From Ignavibacteriota bacterium (GTDB taxonomy: Bacteria > Bacteroidota > Ignavibacteria > UBA10030): DNA of 64,000 nt. The stretch covers positions 384,001-448,000 of the forward strand of contig CAVSHO010000011.1 in assembly GCA_963727825.1 (NCBI GenBank). The letters are read 5' to 3'. Shown piece after piece: positions 40,281 to 49,665 of this stretch (position 1 is the first letter of the stretch; the number at the start of each line of letters is the position of its first letter). Both the position numbers and the translations under genes were made by a program. The notes under the pieces were generated by a model. It had not been told where the DNA came from, searched no databases, and saw only the letters and a program-made list of their open reading frames with translations.

Positions 40281-41034
40281 TCCAAACAATGCATCCACAT
40301 CGGAGTTCTCTCCTAAGTTTTTACGCTGGATCTCAATTACCACTCTTGGCGCACTGTTAATCGTTCTTGTTCCAGTACATCGGATTTATCCATATTCATT
40401 TAATATATTCCACAATCCTGCATTTCAAGCCATGGGAATAACGATCTCGATGGGGCTTAGCGAGTTTTCAGGTCATGTTCCTTGCATCAGCCCAAAAGAG
40501 CTTTTACACTTGATCACTGCCCTTGTACTCCTTTATATCATCGGACCGGTTCTCTGTTTGTACAGCTGGCGGATACTGGAACAGAAAAAAGCTGCGGGTA
40601 CCCCCATTACAAAGATCTTCAACATCTGGCCACTGTTGTTCATCATCGGTGGAGCCTTAATCTTTAGAATGGTTTTTTTTGAAGTAATTATGACTGCGAG
40701 CAATCGGATAGTCTCCGCACATTTGTACAAAGCTCAAGACGTGCAGAGAACCAAAGACCTCCTCATCTACGACCTTAATCAAGCTGCCTTTGAAGCGTAC
40801 GATTACTGGATTCTTCCAAAATCACTTAGCGGCGGCAACGGGTCATATGAAGGATTTTGCCTCTCTCGACAGAGAGCAAAAAATGACAACGGAGAGATAT
40901 TAATTGTCGAAGCGCGCTCCCAGACGATTACATTTCTTGCTGTTTCCTCGAAGAATCTTGTTAACACGATTATGGTCTCTGTCGATTCCATCGGACGAGC
41001 ATCCCGGTGGACATATTCCGGAGACTATAAATAA
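40264..41034 (+). CDS. Membrane protein with a C-terminal pilin-like domain (tentative)
   Basis: TMs then KDLLIYDL..A..Y..P..SGGNGSYEGF, which I recall from Ignavibacteria pilin-like proteins (unverified). Confidence 0.45.
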   Translation: MNQKTDPNNASTSEFSPKFLRWISITTLGALLIVLVPVHRIYPYSFNIFHNPAFQAMGITISMGLSEFSGHVPCISPKELLHLITALVLLYIIGPVLCLYSWRILEQKKAAGTPITKIFNIWPLLFIIGGALIFRMVFFEVIMTASNRIVSAHLYKAQDVQRTKDLLIYDLNQAAFEAYDYWILPKSLSGGNGSYEGFCLSRQRAKNDNGEILIVEARSQTITFLAVSSKNLVNTIMVSVDSIGRASRWTYSGDYK

Positions 41035-41057
41035 TTACTTGAACTACGGAGGATTCT

Positions 41058-41477
41058 ATGAACAACGTACGAGAATCGATAAAAATAAGCCGCACTGTAA
41101 ATTGGCAATGGGTGTGGGTTGGATTTTGTTTACTCGTGACATTCCATCTCGTTCCGACAGTATTTATTTTACATATTTTTAATCTTTGGAATGGATCAAA
41201 CATAATATTACCGCTCTGGATCTTCTTTGGATTGGTGCTTACAAGTATGTATATCAGCTACCGATCAACAGGTGTCACTATTATGGAGCCGATGATCTCT
41301 TCCATTGCCTATCTGTTTGTTCTTGGTATAGCAATGAATACTCAATTTGGAATTCTAAGTAATAGAGAGGATTTCCTCAGAATGTTGGCTTGGATGGCGC
41401 CGGGATTATTCTGTTCGGTTCTCGGCGCTTGGATTGGTGAATTGATACAATTGAAGAAGGAACAACATACTGGATAA
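41058..41477 (+). CDS. 4-TM membrane protein
   Basis: WQWV..GVTIMEP..LGAWIGE; paralog of the next gene. Confidence 0.7.
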   Translation: MNNVRESIKISRTVNWQWVWVGFCLLVTFHLVPTVFILHIFNLWNGSNIILPLWIFFGLVLTSMYISYRSTGVTIMEPMISSIAYLFVLGIAMNTQFGILSNREDFLRMLAWMAPGLFCSVLGAWIGELIQLKKEQHTG

Positions 41478-41533
41478 TTTTCGATAAGAGCGATATTAAA
41501 CGAACCATTCATAAAATATATGGAGAAATCGTC

Positions 41534-41932
41534 ATGGCCGAATCATTAACATCATCCAAAAAATTGGAGTGGAAATGGGTTGGAATTACATTGATTTTGT
41601 ATGCGGTTTTCTATTTACTGCCACTCTTCTTTTTATTTCGAATAGCGGAGTTTCTCGGTGATGCTTGGCTTTTTTCAGGAATCATAATTATTGCTGCGGT
41701 TGCAGCATATTTGTCTAAGGGTATTACTATTTGGGAACCCGCCATCGCGGGTGCAGGATTATTTTTGCTTTTTTTCATCGGCATGATAATATTTTTTCGA
41801 CTTCCACCATTTCGAGCCTATATAGCAATCGTCATTACTATGGCAATTGTCTTTCTAATGTCGCTCTTAGGTGCATGGTTAGGAGAACGCGCGCAAAAAT
41901 TGTGGAAGGCAAAATCTCCCGAATCAACTTAG
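41534..41932 (+). CDS. 4-TM membrane protein
   Basis: WKWV..GITIWEP..LGAWLGE. Confidence 0.7.
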   Translation: MAESLTSSKKLEWKWVGITLILYAVFYLLPLFFLFRIAEFLGDAWLFSGIIIIAAVAAYLSKGITIWEPAIAGAGLFLLFFIGMIIFFRLPPFRAYIAIVITMAIVFLMSLLGAWLGERAQKLWKAKSPEST

Positions 41933-41995
41933 TGCTTGTTATGATGAGGAGAAAAGCGCACACTTGCAATAACAACATCAAGAAGAGGATCCAAT

Positions 41996-44296
41996 ATGCC
42001 TGACATAACAAACCCAGAAAGCCAAAGACACCTTTCTGTCATTATGTTTTCCGACATCGTCGGCTATAGCAAGATGATGCAGGAGGATGAAGATCTCACC
42101 ATGAAGCTTCTTGCCCGTCACATTCAAATCGTGAGAGATGTGCTCGTCAAACACGATGGCAAGGAAATCAAGATGATAGGTGATGCCTTCCTTGTGAGTT
42201 TTACAACAGTTGCTAATGCTGTTAGGTGTGCTATTGATATACAGGAATGTTTCGCTAAATATAACGAGAGCACTGCGGAGAAAGAAAAGATACTTCTTCG
42301 TATTGGTATTCATATGGGCGATATTATCGTCAAAGATGACGATGTGTTTGGCGATGGTGTAAACATCGCTTCTCGTATTGAACCGTTGGCTGAACCCGGG
42401 GGCATTTGTATTTCACAGGAGGTGTATAATTTAGTAAGGCACAAATTAGACCTGCAAGTAGTCTCGCTCGGGCCAAAAGAGCTCAAGAATATCAAAGAGA
42501 AAATTGAGATTTATGAAATTCTTGTCGGTTCCATCACATCCGATGCACACAAAGCGAAGGAGAGGAAAAAGAAAAGAAGAAATTGGATATATGCTTTAGC
42601 AGGATTGTTTTTGGCAACCATTGTTATTTTCATTGCAATTACGCTGTTCAACAAGTCTTCAACCCCAATGGTGACACGGATATTGAAAACAGGGGGCAAT
42701 AATGTTAATGATCCAAACATTTCGCCTGACGGAAACTGGATTGTTTACGTTGCCCTCGATTCCAGAATGCGTCAAAACTTGTATGTTGTTCCCGCTTCAG
42801 GCGGTGAGCCAAGGAAAATTACAAACGACACAACGTCAGTTTATTACAAGTCTCCCTGCTTCTCGCCTGATGCCAGCCAGATTATTTATTTTTATTCCTT
42901 CCCTTCCGCCGAGAATTATAAGAACGAAATAGACATCATCCCAACTCTGGGCGGAACATCTCACAAACTGGTCGGTGATGGTGACCTTCCAGTGTGGTCA
43001 CCAGACGGAAAACATATTGCCTTCTACAGTACCGATGCAAAGGAGCTCTCCATTGTTAACCCTGACGGAACGGAAAGGAAAAAAGTTATTGAGTTCGCAG
43101 AAACCGGGTTCATTAATATCGCATGGTCTCCTGATTCAAAGCGTCTTGCTTTCCTGAGAAATTTTGAAACCAATACAACCAGTCATTACACGGAAATATT
43201 CTCTCGCACATTGGATGATAGCACCGAACATCAGATAACGTTTGACAAAAAGATCATTGATGATTTTTGCTGGACTTCAACTGGAGAGATCGTCTTCAAT
43301 TCAAACCGCGGCGGGGGTGTCGGCTTATGGGTTATACCGGAGGAGGGTGGAACACCGAAGCAGCTCACACTTGGTGCTGGTGCCGACAGGTTCCCACGCA
43401 TATCAAAGGATGCTAAACGCCTTGTCTATTTGAATGAATCTAAACCATCTAATCTCTGGAAAATCGACCTTCAGACAAAGGAACTTCAGCAATTGACATT
43501 CGAGGTAGATGCGCAGATTTGGAGTGTTGCATATTCTCCGGATGGAAGCAAACTCATCTACGGGTTGGAAAACGAATTCGAATCCTCACAAGATGGATTT
43601 GTGATATGCAATAAGGATGGAGGTGGGCCAACCAAAATTACACCGAAAATCGAGAAATACAAATTATCAACGGCCTTCGTGATACGTTGGTCCGCAGATA
43701 TGAAATCGGTTCTTTTCAATGGCTCTCGAAGTGATACAATAAGAAAAAATCCGGATTCCATAGTTGTTATGAGCAGTTTCTTTGAGTATGAGCTTGCCAC
43801 AAATATAACTCGGAAATTAGGAGATGGCAGATTATTTGACATCTCAAGGGACGGAAAGTATCTCTTATATGGACCTGATCTAAATTTTCCCTATCGAGCA
43901 GTTCTTGCGCTTAAATCTGCACCCGCCAAGATGATAAAGGAAATCGCTATAAACGGAGTAATACCGCACTTTTCGTGGGACTCAAAGAATGCAATAATTC
44001 AAGACTCAACGGGTGTATGGTTCGTACCTGTGGATATGGGTAGAAGTAGACAATTTATTAAAACCCCAAAATCTTTTCGGCTCCAGAATTCCATGCCTGA
44101 CGATAAATCAATTCTCGGATTCATTGTGGTTCCAACTTTCCAAAAGGCTACTTTGATAAAACTGTATTGTGCAAACGGCAAGTTTGAAGAGTTAGCACAT
44201 GGGGTCTTCCCAGTAGTTTCTCCTGATGGCAATACAATGGTTTTCATAAGAGGGGAATCCAAGAACAGGGCCATTGTGATAGATAATTTCCGCTGA
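41996..44296 (+). CDS. Class III adenylate cyclase, TM, TolB-like (PD40) beta-propellers
   Basis: MFSDIVGYS, KMIGDA, RIGIHMGD, FGDGVNIASR; many (W/F)SPDG repeats. Confidence 0.88.
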   Translation: MPDITNPESQRHLSVIMFSDIVGYSKMMQEDEDLTMKLLARHIQIVRDVLVKHDGKEIKMIGDAFLVSFTTVANAVRCAIDIQECFAKYNESTAEKEKILLRIGIHMGDIIVKDDDVFGDGVNIASRIEPLAEPGGICISQEVYNLVRHKLDLQVVSLGPKELKNIKEKIEIYEILVGSITSDAHKAKERKKKRRNWIYALAGLFLATIVIFIAITLFNKSSTPMVTRILKTGGNNVNDPNISPDGNWIVYVALDSRMRQNLYVVPASGGEPRKITNDTTSVYYKSPCFSPDASQIIYFYSFPSAENYKNEIDIIPTLGGTSHKLVGDGDLPVWSPDGKHIAFYSTDAKELSIVNPDGTERKKVIEFAETGFINIAWSPDSKRLAFLRNFETNTTSHYTEIFSRTLDDSTEHQITFDKKIIDDFCWTSTGEIVFNSNRGGGVGLWVIPEEGGTPKQLTLGAGADRFPRISKDAKRLVYLNESKPSNLWKIDLQTKELQQLTFEVDAQIWSVAYSPDGSKLIYGLENEFESSQDGFVICNKDGGGPTKITPKIEKYKLSTAFVIRWSADMKSVLFNGSRSDTIRKNPDSIVVMSSFFEYELATNITRKLGDGRLFDISRDGKYLLYGPDLNFPYRAVLALKSAPAKMIKEIAINGVIPHFSWDSKNAIIQDSTGVWFVPVDMGRSRQFIKTPKSFRLQNSMPDDKSILGFIVVPTFQKATLIKLYCANGKFEELAHGVFPVVSPDGNTMVFIRGESKNRAIVIDNFR

Positions 44297-44341
44297 TAGC
44301 TTCCTCCAAACAGCAGGATCATTGGGAATTTGAATTTCACC

Positions 44342-44373
44342 GCCCCAGACATACACCATCTGGGGCTTTTTTT
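44342..44373 (+). terminator. Rho-independent terminator
   Basis: gccccaga-N9-tctggggc followed by T7. Confidence 0.85.
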
Positions 44374-44703
44374 ATTCGAACCAAAAAGTGGTGATGGTTA
44401 TCACTCTTTTATCCTGGAAATAATTTGACATTATGTTTCGATATTACTAATTTCAACCATTCACACATTGACCCCAGCTTACCTTATGGGGACTCCTATG
44501 TGTTGGCAACATTCCGGATAAAAACTTAGAAGCCTCTGTTGGCAAAACTTGTCCCGTCGTTTTGGGACGGGAGCTGGCAGAGGCTTTACTGTTTTAAATC
44601 TTCTTGCAGGTTTTTAGAAATTTAAAATTAAAAATATGCAGGACTGTGGTTTTTGTAACATTAGTTCCGATTGCCTTTCACTATTTCGTAAAAGGAGAAA
44701 CAC

Positions 44704-46829
44704 ATGAAAAACATTCTACGATTTCTCTTTGTGGTGTTTTGCCTCTTCACCGCTACGAATCCCTTGCATGCACAATGGACTCAGACCAATGGACCCTACG
44801 GTGGTTATATTTCGTGTTTTGTCGTCTCCGGCACGAATCTCTTTGCTGGCACTGAAGGCGGTGGCCCTTGGCAAGGTGGCGCCGGCGTTTTTCTTTCCAC
44901 GAACAACGGTACTAGTTGGACTCCAGTCAATACGGGCTTGACGAACACTGCTGTGTCTTCTCTGGCTTTAAGCGGCACGAATCTCTTTGCCGGGACATAT
45001 GGCGGCGGCGTATTTCTATCAACCAACAACGGTACAAGTTGGACTCAAGTCAATTCAGGATTGACTAACACTACTGTCTTGTCTCTTGCTATCTCCGGCA
45101 CAAGTCTTTTTGCAGGTACTGCTGGCGGCGAATTTCTATCAACCAACAGCGGCACAAGTTGGGCTGCTGTTGCCGTCAATACCGGTTTAACGAACATTTC
45201 TAATGCTCTTGTCATTTCGGGCACGAATCTTTTTGCAGGTACTGATAGCGGCGTCTTTCTATCAACCAACAATGGTACAAGCTGGACTGCTGTCAATACC
45301 GGCTTGACGAACACTTCAGTCCAGGCTCTTACCATCTCCGGGACAAATCTCTTTGCCGGGACTTATGGCGGCGGCATATTTCTATCAACCAACAACGGCA
45401 CAAGTTGGACTGTAGTCAATACTGGCTTGACGGGCAATGCTCTTTATGTCGAAGCTTTTGCCATCTCCGGCACGAATCTTTTCGCGGGGACCAGTAGTGG
45501 CGTCTTTCTTTCCACGAACAACGGCACTAGTTGGACTGCCGTCAATACCGGCTTGATGAATACTTATGTCCGAGCTTTTGCCGCCTCCGGCACGAATCTC
45601 TTTGCAGGGACTGATGGCGGTGGTGTCTTTCTTTCCACCAACAACGGCACAAGCTGGACTGCAGTCAATACCGGCTTGACGAATACTTCTGTATATACTC
45701 TTGCCGTCTCCGGCACAAATCTCTTTGCAGGGACTGAGAACGGTGGCGTCTTTCTTTCTACCAACAACGGTACAAGCTGGTCTACAGTCAATACTGGGTT
45801 AACGAACACTACTGTCTATTCTCTTGCTGTCTCCGGCACGAATCTCTTTGCAGGGACCAATGGTGGCGTTTTTCTATCGACGAACAATGGCATAAGTTGG
45901 ATTCAAGTCAATACAGGCTTGACGAATACTTCTGTATATACTCTTGCCGTCTCCGGCACGAATCTCTTTGCCGGGACTCTTGGCGGTGGCGTCTTTCTAT
46001 CCACCAACAACGGCACAAGCTGGACTGCAGTCAATACAGGCTTGACGAACACTACGGTTCAGGCTCTTGCCGTCTCCGGCACGAATCTCTTTGCTGGCAC
46101 TCAGAACGGTGGCGTCTTTCTTTCCACCAACAACGGCACAAATTGGACTGTCGTCAATACGGGCTTGACGAGTACTTATGTCCAGGCTCTTGCCGTCTCT
46201 GGCACGAATCTCTTTGCCGGGACCCAAAGCAATGTCTTTCTCTCCACCAATAATGGCACAAGCTGGACTGTAGTCAAAACCGGCTCGTGTACACTTATTT
46301 TAATACTTTCGTCGTCACAGGTACGAATCTTTTTGCCGGGACTGAGAACGGTGGTGTCTTTCTTTCCACCAACAAAGGCACAAGCTGGAGTGAAGTCGAT
46401 ACTGGTTTGACGAAAGTTTTTATCGGTACTCTTGCCGTCTCTGGCACAAATCTCTTTGTTGGGACTTATTTAGGCGGCGTTTGGAGGCGACCGTTGTCAG
46501 AGATGATCACAGCAGTAGAAAGTCCCTTGACTGATTTGCCGACGCATTTCAATCTCGACCAGAACTTTCCGAACCCGTTCAATCCGTCAACGACTATTTC
46601 CTTTAGCCTTCCATCTCAATCGTTTGTATCACTGAAAGTTTTTGATGCTTTAGGAAGAGAAGTGGCAACGGTTGTCTCTGAAGAAATGTCGGCAGGAAGT
46701 TACAAACGTCAATGGAACGCCGCGACTATGTCGAGCGGAATTTATTTTTATCGTCTACAAGCCCGCCAAACATCCGGCGGGCAAGCTGGCTCATTTACAG
46801 AGACTAAAAAACTTGTTTTAATGAAGTGA
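44704..46829 (+). CDS. T9SS cargo with about 14 Asp-box/BNR-like ~39-aa repeats; 1-nt indel near 46287
   Basis: SGTNLFAGT.GGGVFLSTNNGTSWTAVNTGLTN repeats continue in ORF 46287..46829, which ends in a CTD (NFPNPFNP..KKLVLMK). Confidence 0.85.
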
Positions 46830-46869
46830 TGGGCAACTGCAACTAAAAATTAGCCGAAAGGAAAAGATT

Positions 46870-48093
46870 ATGAAACGTATTTGTCCATTTTTTTTCTTGG
46901 TGCTTGTAATATTCGCCTATACACATTTATTGAACGCCCAATGGGTGCAATCCAATAGCCCCTTTGTCAGCAACGTTGTTAGTTTTGCCGTCATTGGCTC
47001 GAATCTTTTTGCCGGATCTGACAGTAGCGGCGTTTATCTTTCCATTAATAACGGAACAAGCTGGACTGCGGTCAATACAGGCTTGATGAACACTTATGTT
47101 AGTTCTCTTGCCGTCTCTGGAACGAATCTTTTTGCCGGGGCAGGCGGTGCCGTCTTTCTTTCCACGAACAACGGCACGAGTTGGGCTGTGGCCAGTACCG
47201 GGTTATCATCCGGAATCAGTGTTCTTGCCGCCTCAGGCACAAATCTTTTTGCTGGTTCTTCTAATAATGGCGCCGTCTATCTTTCCACCAACAACGGTAC
47301 GAGCTGGACTATAACCAGTAACGGTTCACAGACCAGAGAAATCCTTGCTTTTGCAGTCTCCGGGACGAATCTCTTTGCTGCGACTCTTCACCGTGTCGAT
47401 CTTTCCATTGACAGCGGCAAAAGTTGGACTGATGTCAATTTAGGTTTGACACCTAATCCTGTTTTGTCATTCGCCGTTTCAGATACGAATCTATTTGCAG
47501 GGATTATATCGAGTGGCGTTTACCTTTCTACCAACAACGGTAAGAGCTGGACTGCAGTCAATACGGGCTTGACAAATCGTTCTGTTTTTTCATTAGCCGT
47601 CAGCGGCTCGAATCTTTTTGCCGGGACTGATAGCAGCGGTGTTTATCTTTCCAATAATAATGGCAAGAGCTGGACTGCAGTCAATACAGGCTTGCCAAAT
47701 ATTTATGTTAATGTAAATTCACTTGTCATTTCAGGGACAAATCTCGTTGCCGGGACTACTGGTGGGGTCTGGAGACGGCCGTTGTCGGAGATGATCACAG
47801 CAGTAGAAAGTCCCTTGACTGACTTGCCGACGCATTTTAATCTCGACCAGAACTATCCAAATCCGTTCAATCCAACGACGACTATTTCCTTTAGTCTTTC
47901 ATTTAAATCGTTTGTATCATTGAAAGTATTTAATTTGATTGGAAGAGAGGTAGCAACAATTGTCTCAGAGGAAATGCCGGCAGGAAATTATATAAAGCAA
48001 TGGAATGCAGCGAATATGTCGAGCGGAATTTATTTTTATCGTTTGCAGGTATGTTCATTGACCGAGACAAAGAAAATGATTTTGCTAAAATGA
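46870..48093 (+). CDS. Paralogous T9SS cargo with about 7 Asp-box-like repeats
   Basis: Same repeat; NYPNPFNP..KKMILLK. Confidence 0.88.
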   Translation: MKRICPFFFLVLVIFAYTHLLNAQWVQSNSPFVSNVVSFAVIGSNLFAGSDSSGVYLSINNGTSWTAVNTGLMNTYVSSLAVSGTNLFAGAGGAVFLSTNNGTSWAVASTGLSSGISVLAASGTNLFAGSSNNGAVYLSTNNGTSWTITSNGSQTREILAFAVSGTNLFAATLHRVDLSIDSGKSWTDVNLGLTPNPVLSFAVSDTNLFAGIISSGVYLSTNNGKSWTAVNTGLTNRSVFSLAVSGSNLFAGTDSSGVYLSNNNGKSWTAVNTGLPNIYVNVNSLVISGTNLVAGTTGGVWRRPLSEMITAVESPLTDLPTHFNLDQNYPNPFNPTTTISFSLSFKSFVSLKVFNLIGREVATIVSEEMPAGNYIKQWNAANMSSGIYFYRLQVCSLTETKKMILLK

Positions 48094-48101
48094 GGCATCT
48101 C

Positions 48102-48644
48102 ATGAAATCTCAATACCCATACTTATTAGTATCCCTGATGATTTTCCTGAGTTGCAAATCCAATGATTCACCAACTGGAAATTCCGACAAAGAAACCAAT
48201 TGGATGAGTGCCAAAATCGACGGGGCATCTTGGGTGACTGAAGGCAATAGCAGCTTGGGACGAAAAAATGTCTACGTGTACTACGATTCTTCTTTATCGA
48301 GGTACGTAATCCAAGGGACTACAGATTATTTATATCCAAGAATTGTCATCGAGATCACGACCCTAAGGGTTGGAACATTTCAATTGGGGGATATAGCTAC
48401 TAATAACGCTGAGGCATCGTACTGTCCGAGTACTTTTATTGAGGATTGGTTCTACACTACCAGTCATTTCGTTGATGGTAATGCGTATATGGGTATAGTC
48501 ACTTTGAATAGAGTTGATAAAACCAATAATGTATTATCTGGAACATTCAACTTTAAAGCTGTTCGAGGTGGTGGTTGGATGAAATATGATTCTATGATGG
48601 TGACAGATGGCCAGTTTGAGATGGATTTAAATAGTACAAATTGA
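48102..48644 (+). CDS. Lipoprotein (DUF6252-like)
   Basis: Lipobox FLS-C; MSAKIDG..W; LSGTFNFKA..TDGQF. Confidence 0.7.
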   Translation: MKSQYPYLLVSLMIFLSCKSNDSPTGNSDKETNWMSAKIDGASWVTEGNSSLGRKNVYVYYDSSLSRYVIQGTTDYLYPRIVIEITTLRVGTFQLGDIATNNAEASYCPSTFIEDWFYTTSHFVDGNAYMGIVTLNRVDKTNNVLSGTFNFKAVRGGGWMKYDSMMVTDGQFEMDLNSTN

Positions 48645-48672
48645 TAGAAATTCTATCACAAAGACAAAGGAG

Positions 48673-49179
48673 ATGACAATGAGAATAGGTTTAATAGCTA
48701 TTGTAATATTATTCTCTTTTTGTGCAACGCAATTGTATTGTCAACCCGAGAATTCATTTGCATTTGGATTGCAGGCAGCTCCATTCCCCCTTTTTGGAAT
48801 AAGCGCAAAATGCATTATTAATCCACAAATTTGCGTTGAAATGTTCGGGAGACCACAATTCGCTAACACTGCATTCATTGCTTTACGTGGCCAATATCTT
48901 TTTATACATGATTCTGTTCATAATATACATGCTACGGGCCTCATTGGTTCATTTAAGGATTGCGAGTCAGATTTTCTAACTAACAAAACTGATACAGCTC
49001 CAGGTTATGGGATTGGTATAGGTTATGAGCATATCTTTTCGGGGGTTCCAAATCTTGCTTGGAATGCAGGAATCGATTATATCTATATAAAATGGAACGA
49101 CGTATGGTGGGTCAAGCTCAACAATAAAGACTATTTCTCATTGGTAATGCTTGGCTTTGGATTTCATTATTATTTGTGA
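48673..49179 (+). CDS. Small outer-membrane beta-barrel protein (putative)
   Basis: Signal peptide, amphipathic strands, C-terminal GFHYYL. Confidence 0.6.
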   Translation: MTMRIGLIAIVILFSFCATQLYCQPENSFAFGLQAAPFPLFGISAKCIINPQICVEMFGRPQFANTAFIALRGQYLFIHDSVHNIHATGLIGSFKDCESDFLTNKTDTAPGYGIGIGYEHIFSGVPNLAWNAGIDYIYIKWNDVWWVKLNNKDYFSLVMLGFGFHYYL

Positions 49180-49301
49180 GCTCGGTATATTTTCTTAAGC
49201 AGGCAAATGCATCTATCAATATGCAACAAAGTGTTTACTTACTTGACAGGGCCATATAAATATTATCTCTTATAGCCTCGGTAATTCATCATCTGGGGCT
49301 T

Positions 49302-49547
49302 CCATTTCTGACCTCAACCATCCAATATGGATTACCTGCACGAAGCACTGTACGACTCGTTATCTATAATGTCCTCGGTCAAGTGGTAAAAGAATTAATA
49401 AACACTGAGCAGCAAGCGGGGATTCAATCGGTAGTATGGAATGCGAATATCTCTTCAGGAATATATTTCTATCGGCTCGAAGCCACGTCGAAAGACGATC
49501 CTTCGAAACGGTTTGTTGAAACGAAGAAGATGTTGTTATTAAAATGA
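49302..49547 (+). pseudogene. Orphan T9SS CTD fragment
   Basis: PFLTSTIQYGLPARSTVRLVIYNVLGQVVKEL..SSGIYFYRLEA..ETKKMLLLK*; no start codon or signal peptide, in-frame TAA at 49257. Confidence 0.85.
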
Positions 49548-49665
49548 CTCTTCTAGCCACACTGCCCGTTGATGGAGCTTATAGGAACCATAGCCGTGCA
49601 AACGGTACATAATATTGGTAGCAACATGAACTTCACATTCATACAATGCATATGGAGGTTGTCAT

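Noticed and set aside
46280-46410. Phase-variable switch detaching the CTD from the repeat protein
   Set aside because: No slippery tract at the site, and the assembly has other 1-nt indels; needs read evidence.
44704-48093. Diversity-generating retroelement or CRISPR array
   Set aside because: The repeats are in-frame protein repeats; there is no reverse transcriptase, no template/variable pair with adenine-only differences and no repeat-spacer pattern.
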